Origin: Macrostomum hystrix
Lineage: Eukaryota; Animalia; Platyhelminthes
Direction: 5' to 3'
NCBI GenBank assembly: GCA_950097015.1
Contig: CATNEN010000003.1
Location: forward strand, 7,006,001 to 7,070,000
DNA: 64,000 nt
Shown one piece after another: positions 48,701-57,700 of the stretch (positions are counted from its first letter, which is position 1; each line of letters opens with the position of its first letter). The notes beneath the pieces are model-generated. The model ran no database searches. It saw only the letters and a list, made by a program, of their open reading frames with translations, and had not been told where the DNA came from. The position numbers were made by a program, and so were the translations under genes.

Positions 48701-51700
48701 GAACTCTCTGTTTATGTTCGGTTTCATGGCTTTCGATAACCAAGGCCCACCAGCCACTGTTGAGTCGCTGACTGGTGGACGCGAAGCCAAGTCGCGAAAC
48801 AACTGCCTCTCTCGCCTCATTGCGTCCTGCATGTCAGCGCACTGTTGCTTGCACTCCAGTTGGAATGGTGTAGGCGGCCGGGGCTGGTAAGGGACAGCCT
48901 GACTTAACAGTTCTCTCACTTCTTCTATATACTCTGGCGCCTTGGAAAGCCATCGAGGATTGGGCATGCGGTTATTTGACATTGCTTGCGGAGCTACGCA
49001 GTGAAAAGTGTAATTATTGGAGTTGAACTAATCAATTAACAATTAACAGACTTATGCTACCTAGGCATGTATACTGAACAGACTTATGAATTAATGCTAT
49101 AATGCTACTGCTTGCTATACCTAAAGAAACTGCATGCCAGTAAATAGCAAATTAATATCACGCCAAGAAAGAAAGAAAGAAAGAAATATATTTCTCAGTT
49201 CAGTTCAATTCAGTTCTCGCAAAAATAAAGTGCCACTTATTCACGGAGCGCGCAGACAAAAAATGTTAACGTTGAAAAGCACAGGAGAAAGAGAAAGCTG
49301 TAGTAATTTTTCAAAGCAGTGTCTAAGCAAAGCTAAGTTGTGGATGCGGCATCAAGGCAATTCTGTCGGTTGAAACTACACACGAGCCAAGAATTTCCTC
49401 GGCGTGCAACGTCCGGGCGGGTTCACTGCTAAGGTCGCCGAATGGATCCACCAGGAGGCGACGGACATGCGAGTACCGACAACCCCGGTTCTCAGATGTG
49501 GTCGGAACCGCACACAACAACTCTAGAGGATCCATTTCCGGCTCCAGAACAGGCAGGACTCGCAGTCTAACGGTCACCACTGCGTTGTTGTGCTGTATGG
49601 CTTCGACACGACAAACTGGAAAAGCAAACTCCGAACTAAACCAGAGCAGAGCTGATGCAGATAGCAGGGCGGACAGCCTCGCATAAAATCAAAGCCATAC
49701 AGGCCAGAGAGTGGCGACAAACCCCGAACGCCTAGAACGTCAGTTCTGAAGTCTCCGCCCTGCTGGGCGTGTCGATCCGCTAGTGTGCGCGTGTCGGTTG
49801 CACAACGAACGACCGTCTGTACGCATCCATGACGTCGTGCATCATTCAGCATGGCATCAGTTATGGAAACGCCGTAGACGCGACCATAGCCGGAAGGATG
49901 CAGTGCTTCTCACATCCGTAGATTGCGGAAAAGCGCTTCAAACAGAGGGCATCTGCTCTGGCAGGTGCGTCGAAAATGGCCATCACAGGATGCAACCGCA
50001 GGGTCCGCTGCTCACCATCCCGCGCCAAATACTCTACACCATTGAAGCGAAGGTCGTTGAGCACACCGACCACAATGGGCAGAAATGCGCAAGCGCTCAC
50101 CTTCTTCTTGCCGGCCCAAACGCCGCACTTGAACACGAAGCGCAGTTTCAATCGGTCATGCACCTCGTTAACGCTCAAATAGACTGGATACACTTCGACT
50201 CCGCTCGTGCTGCATAGAGCAAATCCGTCTTCGCACAAAGTGTACGACAGATCGCTGCGAGTTGTTGCGTCTATGTTCTCTAGCAAAGACGAATAGAGCT
50301 CGCTGTTGGTAAAAAAACGTTTCTCTTCGTCCATGACAAGGTCCGCCGGCCACACAACGTTGTCTAGAAACTTGCGAGACTCCACAACTGTCCGTACCTG
50401 AGCTGGAATGTCGAACAACCAGAAGTTGGCGACTTCTGTCGACCCACAATGCCCACAAGTGGCATTGATTGGGTTACATCCCTAGTCCAAGGTCTGACGT
50501 TAGAAGCACGTTAGAAAAACGTTACAGGACGAACGAATTTCCGTTAGGTTTACGTTAGACTTTAACGTTAGTCTTTCCGTTAGTTCGGTCGTTAGACTAA
50601 TGTTAGTTTTCCGTTAGAATTTTAACGTTACTTTATTCCACAATAACTGACTATAACCTAACGGTTTTTTCCGTGCTGATTTTATACTATATATTTTTCA
50701 TAACGCACCGTTGCCAATGCAACAAAAGTATTAATTGGAGCAAGAATAAGACAGTGAACCAAAATCATGCAATTAAACTGACCAAATAAATATTTTCAAA
50801 TGTGTAATTCCACTAAGTTGTCCAATAAAGTGTGACAATTACTTTAAACATTGCAATATATTTAGCTATTTAAATAGATACGGTAATAAAAAAATACTTC
50901 TAATAGAAACAGTGTAAGTTTCCTCAACCCACCGCCACTCGAATCTACTTCCCAGTTTTACTCGAATGTAAAAATGTCTCCATTTTTTGGGTGTTGCGAC
51001 TATCAATCTTTCCTTGAATTCACCGCCTCTCATCTTTGTTGAGTTTACCTGCACTCTTGTCCCTCTGTCAGCTTACTTCTCCATATGGCTGTCTCCTCGC
51101 ATTCTCTCTTATTTTTCTGATTGGCTGCGGGGCCAGCCACCTCTTATCTCCTCGTTCCTCCTGGCCAACTATACATTTAATACATACAACAATACATAAG
51201 CTCAGTTTTTTATTCTTATTTTCTCGACACATAACACATAAAAGACCTACATCAAGTAATACAAAAGATGGCAAACTAATGGGCGTCGTTGTGCCGCAAA
51301 AAGGGGGCGTTAAGTATAAGGCTCTCAAATATTATTAGGGGCGACAAGTATGAGGGCCCTTATGTAACAAGGACAGTGGTTTGGTTAGCATTTCGGGGCG
51401 GCGCCCCCTAAATTCGGTCTTGGTTGCGCTGTCATTGTGGGAAGTAACGACCCCAGAAAAAATGTGAGCAAATAAATGAAAAAGCGAATAGAACTGGAAC
51501 AAAAAATACAGAAAAAATTATTAGGATGTTGATGGCATAAAAATCAAAGCATGATAATTAAGTCAACTATGTTTAAGGAAAAAATTGGGCCTACTCTGCG
51601 GCATTAGCACTGTCTTTTTTTGCGAACGGGGCTTTTTTCAACCAACGCTGAACTGCATCGATAACAGCTTCTCGACTCGCATCAGGTTGACTTAAACGAG

Positions 51701-54700
51701 TCAGTTTGAGAATGTAGTCAAAGGTTTTTGGAAATTCATCTCTTAGTGAAGCTTTTTCCGAAGCCCGATTTGTCCCAGCCCAATTCAGAACCTTTGCCAC
51801 ATTGACTGAAATGGTTGTCTTACATGCCATGTACGTGGCAGATCGCACATCTGAACCACCGATCCGACCGATTGAATTCAGAACGACATTTTCATTTTCA
51901 TTTAGGTGCTCTTCGAACAATTTTAGATCACCAATTGTTCCAATTGGTAAATGGCAAGGAAGTTGCTGAAGCACGTTTGCAGAACTTATCTGCTGTTTTG
52001 AAATGAGATTGCGAAGCATTTGATTGTTTTCTCTAACCAAGACAAACGTCGCACAAAGAAGACGGAGGTGACTAGGACCAGTTGTTGCGTCTCTGTTTGC
52101 TCCACGTTCTGCCAATAGCTCAGTGGCAATAGATTCAAAGGCCTCATTGCTGATGCCGAAATCAGCATTCCTGGCTGCGGAATTTCTGGCGCTTGCACCT
52201 CTTGGCGTTAATGTCACGTCTAGAGAGTCTAAGAGCTTCGGTTGAGTTGAAGCAGTAGCCACGGTTGTTGCAACGTTGCTAGGCGTCACCCCCGCAGCAG
52301 CCACGGTTGTCGCAACGTTGCTAGGCGTCACCCCCGCAGCAGCCACGGTTGTCGCAACGTTGCTAGGCGTCAACCCCGCAGCAGCCACGGTTGTCGCAAC
52401 GTTGCTAGGCGTCAACCCCGCAGCAGCCACGGTTGTCGCAACGTTGCTAGGCGTCAACCCCGCAGCAGCCACGGTTGTCGCAACGTTGCTAGGCGTCACC
52501 CCCGCAGCAGCCACGGTTGTCGCAACGTTGCTAGGCGTCACCGCAGCAGCCGACTTGGGTGTCGTAGTCGCGTCCATGAAAGTGGCAGCTGCAGATCCCA
52601 GTGGCAGACTCTGATTGTAAGCGGTCATTACTCTTACATAAAGAGGTGGCGGCACTGGATCATCGTCATCACTAGTCTGTTCATATCTTGAGATGCTCGT
52701 GTCACTGCTTCTTTTATTCGCAGGATGTTTGTCGATTAACCTGGATTCTGCATTTGATAAGCACGGGAAAATAATTTCAAGTCAATACATTAGGAAAAAT
52801 GCATTATAGTATATCCACCTGAAAACATACCTTCAGGACGTCTTCTTTTCCTAGCCAATTCATGATCTGAGTCGCTGCAAGAGAGACTTGAAAATTGGTA
52901 CTTCTTTTCCTTATCGACAGCAGTCGCATATTCATCTGAAGTTAAACGAATTGTTTAAACACTTTAAACGATAGCTAAAAAATTGTTTCTTGAAAATAAA
53001 AGCAAAGTTACACTTACTACTTCGAAATACGATTTTGAATTCATGATATTCGTCCCAGTTAGCCATTGGGCTCTTAGAATACATTTTCCGATGGTCATCA
53101 CTGGCAGGTGGGAAGTAAACTGTGTTAGAATTGGAATCAAGCCAGGTGCTAGGAATTACAGCAATGGTTCCTTCAGCAAAGCTAACAACAAGCCAATTTT
53201 TCTCCATGTGAATCTGGAAAGTCAAGGCGAAGAGGAATGATAACATATCCTTTCTTTACAGGAAAACCGCAAGCCTTGTCCAATATGCAATCATCAGTGA
53301 CATCGAATGGTGCTCCAAAACAGCCATCTTTGACAAAAAATATTCCTACAGCTGAACTTTTTATTGGATAGGAATAAAAATCTTCTTTCTGTGTAAATTC
53401 CATCACCTTGAACTTAGCAGGCAAAACTTCAGTAACAAGACAGACTTGAAGAGTCCTTGTGATAATAAAACAATCTCTGCTGTTAACTCTTATTGTACTC
53501 TTGTGAGATGGTACGGCAAGCTCAGCCCTGGACCTTTTTGTCATCAAATATTCACCAGTCCGATTTCTCAGTTGAGCAATCACTTGATTACCACTGCATA
53601 GTCTGTTCTTTAGAATCTGCAAAAAACTTTCAAATCGAAAAGCAGAAAATGCATCTACTGCACCAAATTTTTCACAGTCATTTGGCAAATGAATCAGAGA
53701 ATGAACTATGTTTGAGACAAATCCACGTCCATACAATCCAGATGACTTTGTAACAAATTCTTTTAGCAGATTGGTTGCAGCAACAACATTTACACTTAGC
53801 ATTGCAGATTTACCACAAAGAAGATGCATTGCAATGTGAAAGTATAGAAAATGAGGATAAATGTCCTTTGGAATACTAGCATCATTTAAAACAATGATTC
53901 CATAATAGAGAATAAATGATCGGAATTCAGCTCCTTTCCAATAGCAAAGCTCATTAAGCCCTCGTGGCTTTCGGCAAAATTCTGATGGGACATGTGATTT
54001 TAATGAAACTAAATTGGCAGATAAAGTCTTAATAGCCTGACTTGGCATTCGGACCTTGTATGGGCCCTCTTTTATCCAGAAATACATCATCCTTCTCATA
54101 ACACCAAGATATGCCACATGAAGAACATCAAGTGGAAATGATGCAACCATGTCAATTGAATTTAATTCAAGAAATGGTGATAATCCATTGGCTTCATTAT
54201 GGTGATCCTCATCAATTTGCAGTCGAAATTCAAGATCAGTTCGTAGATCAGCATTAACTTCATCAAAGACAATGCAACTTCTTTCCTCACATCGAGTACC
54301 TTCTACTTTACATTTGTCACAACTATGATAACCAGTTGGATACTTAGTGCACTTCAATAAGCACCTAGCTGGTGCATCACAAATTATTGCCTTTGTTAAA
54401 ATTGCATAATGATGACCACAATAATCAAATCCACTTGAAATTAGATGATTCAATTCTTTAATCAGTTCAGAACACAGTTGTTTGGGATTTGGCTTATCTC
54501 TTGAATAATAGAACTGGATGACAAAAGGTTCAGATTGTAATTCAGGAACAAAACCAAGAATAGGCCAGCACTGGTAGCCAGAACTTTTGAAAAAACTGAT
54601 TCCATCAATATTTAGGAATAGAGTCAACTGATTAGATTTGGTATGTATGCTTGATAAAGAATTATCTATTATAGATTCAATTGCAGACTGTACACCAACA

Positions 54701-57700
54701 TAATAGATATCTTTAGAACAGTAATATGACTTTGCATTAGTGCTATGAGCCAACAATGTTGATGCTGTCAATGGAAGATCCAAATTTGGAAAATGTTTAG
54801 CATGTAGATGCAGTAAAGACGTAATATGTACTTGACTCACTTTGGCTTCAACAACCCATGCAGCCAAGTCATCTTTGAAGCTACTTTGGACTTTGTCATA
54901 AGACTCTGACCTTTCTGATAAGTCTGATAAAAATTCTTTTGTAATGTCTACAAAATGTTGTAGCAATGTGTCTTCATGTTCAAAATGGTCAACATCAGAA
55001 GTATCTTCCACCTCAATAAGGTGAAGACCATTATTAGAAAACTCTTCTAAGACAAAGTTGCTCAAAATCTTGTCAATGTCAATATCAATATCTGACAAAC
55101 AAATGCCACTAGATGATTCATCTTGAAGTGGGTATAAATAGTAAATTTGTTGAGACAATGAATTTTCTATATGTTTCTCTTGGTCTTTTATTTTAGCTTC
55201 AATTTCATTAATACTTCGCTTTAGTTGCCTTTGGTTCATTTACATCTGGAATTCAAAATTAGTCAATTGTTTTAAATCAATCTTACAATGTCTATCACAT
55301 TGAAAAAATATTATGATGATTGTACTAAGGTGCCAACTGTTAGGCCTAAGTTAAATTTATTTAGTAATATGAATAAGCTACATATAAAAAGTTGCTTTAG
55401 ATATAAATAATAGATAGAAAATAATACTAACATAATAGATATTAACATACTATATAGACACTGGCTACAATAGGGCAAACAGTTATTTAGACAAAATAAT
55501 TATTTCAACAGATTTTATTTCATTGCCTAAAACAAAAATAACATTTTATAAAATTATGTTATAAAATAACATTTACATTTACAAATAACGATAACATAAA
55601 CATTTTTCTTAAACTATCTGTCTATATTTTTAGTTTTTGTAGCTGAATATCTAGATTATAGAATATAATAGAATATTCCGCTAGTTCAATAAGGATTTAA
55701 TTTAAAATTTCATTGACGGCCATCTTGATTTTTGTATTATAAGAAAATTCATATTTCTTTTGCAACTTTTTTTATTTCTGCCTAAATCTCCAAATTAAAA
55801 TAATAACTAAATTATTATCTATTAAGTTATTAGACTAAAAATTGATTTTACAGTTTGGAATTATTGTTAATTTTTAGTTACCGCATTAACGTTACATAAA
55901 AATCTTATAAATAACGAGAAGCAAACGTTAGTCCTAACGTTAGCATGGACTAGGGATGGGACTGGCGTGCTCATAAAGCAGTTGTTGCAGACTGTGTGAC
56001 ACTTAGATGTTTTCGAGATAGTTCCCACTGCCGCCAGTTGCGATCGGAGAGTTTTGCCGTGCTTAGGAAGACGATTCCCTGGCACCAGTCTGTGAAGCAG
56101 AGCGAGGATCCTTGTCAGGCCGCCCAGTGAGACATTTAAGTCCCGGGCACAGGAACTGACCTCACAAATGGCTTCTCCGAGTTCACTGGCAAAGCATCGT
56201 GCCAGTCAACTGCCATGATTGTTCTGGGCACCGGATCGTCATCACCGTCGTCTGGGTGATCGGTTGCTTCTCCGAAGGACGATTGATCGTCTGGGAATTT
56301 AATGCAATTCGTAAGAGATATATTTAAGCGTCATTAAGTGTAAAGCGCATGGAATGAGTACCTAAGGTTTGCATATTTGATCGCTGAAATCCATCGTGGA
56401 TGGGGCTAATTAATTATGCCTGTGTTTAGCTCATTATTTCGGTCACTCACCACTAATGTCAGACTGATCATCCGACTCATCGTCGCTACTATCTGCAACC
56501 GAATATGCTTCGGCTTCGCCACCAGAACAACTTGGACCAACGGCAGCGCCAGTCGGAACAGCATCGTCAGTGGCAGCGCCACTTGCAAAGGTGGCAGCGC
56601 GACTCGCACATATGGCAGGGCTACTTGCAAAAGTGTCAGGCGCGGCGTTAATATGACCTGTAGGTGATGGAGACCGTGGTCTGGTGTCCAGGCCTGACGC
56701 GTTAGCTTCCACCCTGTGCTTCTTCATGTACCGTCGCATGTAAATGCGGCGGTTCATTGCGGGATCGTCGTCGTCACCGTTGTCCATTGTCGCCGAATGG
56801 ATACAATTGACTATGGTACAGCAAAGCGAAATGAAATGGAATTTTTTTATATAGACTTCATTAAGATAGAACACATGTACGACAATCAAGACTGTACTAT
56901 TCATATTCATGTGTGTTATTCAATATTAAAAATCTTTGCCATTTCTGCATTGTTCTATTGTTGCAATGTGCTGACTATATCATTTCATCTACGATGATGT
57001 CTCATGCCATTTTCTATTTCCATTATATTTCTATTTTCTATTTCTATTCTACGCAGCTCTATGTTCCTATATCAGGCCCAATGAACCGGCAGAGGCAAGC
57101 GAAGAAGTATTGAACACGGAAACAAGCTGCTAGGAAACAAACGACCCGACACTGGCTGTGCAATGGTACCACGCATGCACATTGGTTTACACATTGGACC
57201 ATATATATTTCTTGAAAAACACCAAAGCACACAAACAGTACACATTCAAATAAAGGTATCATACATTATTACACATTTGAACTGCATTTATCCGGGAAAA
57301 TAGCCGGCTTTCGTCTGGAAATTTGCCGGAAGAAGCGGCGGAACAAAAACCGGATCAAAATACGGATGAACACAGACAGTTTGTCCGGATATTTCCGGAA
57401 ATTGATCCTGTTTCATCCGGATATAGTCCGGAGAATCGACCGGATAAAAATCCGGATGAAAGTGACAAAATTTACCAGAATAGCACGTCTTCTTCTGGAT
57501 TTCGTCCGGAATTTTCTCCGGAATTTCGTCCGTAAGTGCCAACCGGATGAACTCCGGACGAAAACCTGCTAGATCCAACTTTTATCCGGAAAATACCCCA
57601 AATCCGGACCAATCCGGACAAAGGACGGATAAACTCCGGACCAAATATCCAGGCGGGTATCGTAGCTATGTACCTAGGATTATCGTAGCTATGTACCTTG

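Larger units (their letters stand above)
50480..55955 (-). mobile_element. CMC/EnSpm-type DNA transposon, inner element (5476 bp), two intact-looking genes
   Basis: TIR CCCTAGTCCA, 2-bp AT TSD (50478-50479, 55956-55957), subterminal (A)ACGTTAG repeats; removing it restores the outer transposase frame. Confidence 0.92.
49323..56787 (-). pseudogene. Disrupted CMC/EnSpm-type transposase of the outer element
   Basis: Exon 56787-56451, then 56290-55956 (frameshift near 56190), rejoined in frame to 50477-49861 when the inner element is removed (CNNC...PVP|CNPINATCGHCG, CEDG, YPVYL.VNE, IFDAPARA, YGCEK). Then 49852-49574 (GVRGLSPL..L..FD) and a C-terminal piece 49580-49323. The central HxxH/FE region seems deleted. 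Confidence 0.8.
47548..57657 (-). mobile_element. CMC/EnSpm(CACTA)-type DNA transposon, outer element (10110 bp including the nested insert), decayed
   Basis: Perfect 21-bp TIR CCCGCCTGGATATTTGGTCCG, 2-bp TA TSD inside a minisatellite unit (ggatTA|element|TAtcgtagc), dense subterminal TCCGG/CCGGA motifs at both ends, transposase remnants. Confidence 0.9.
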
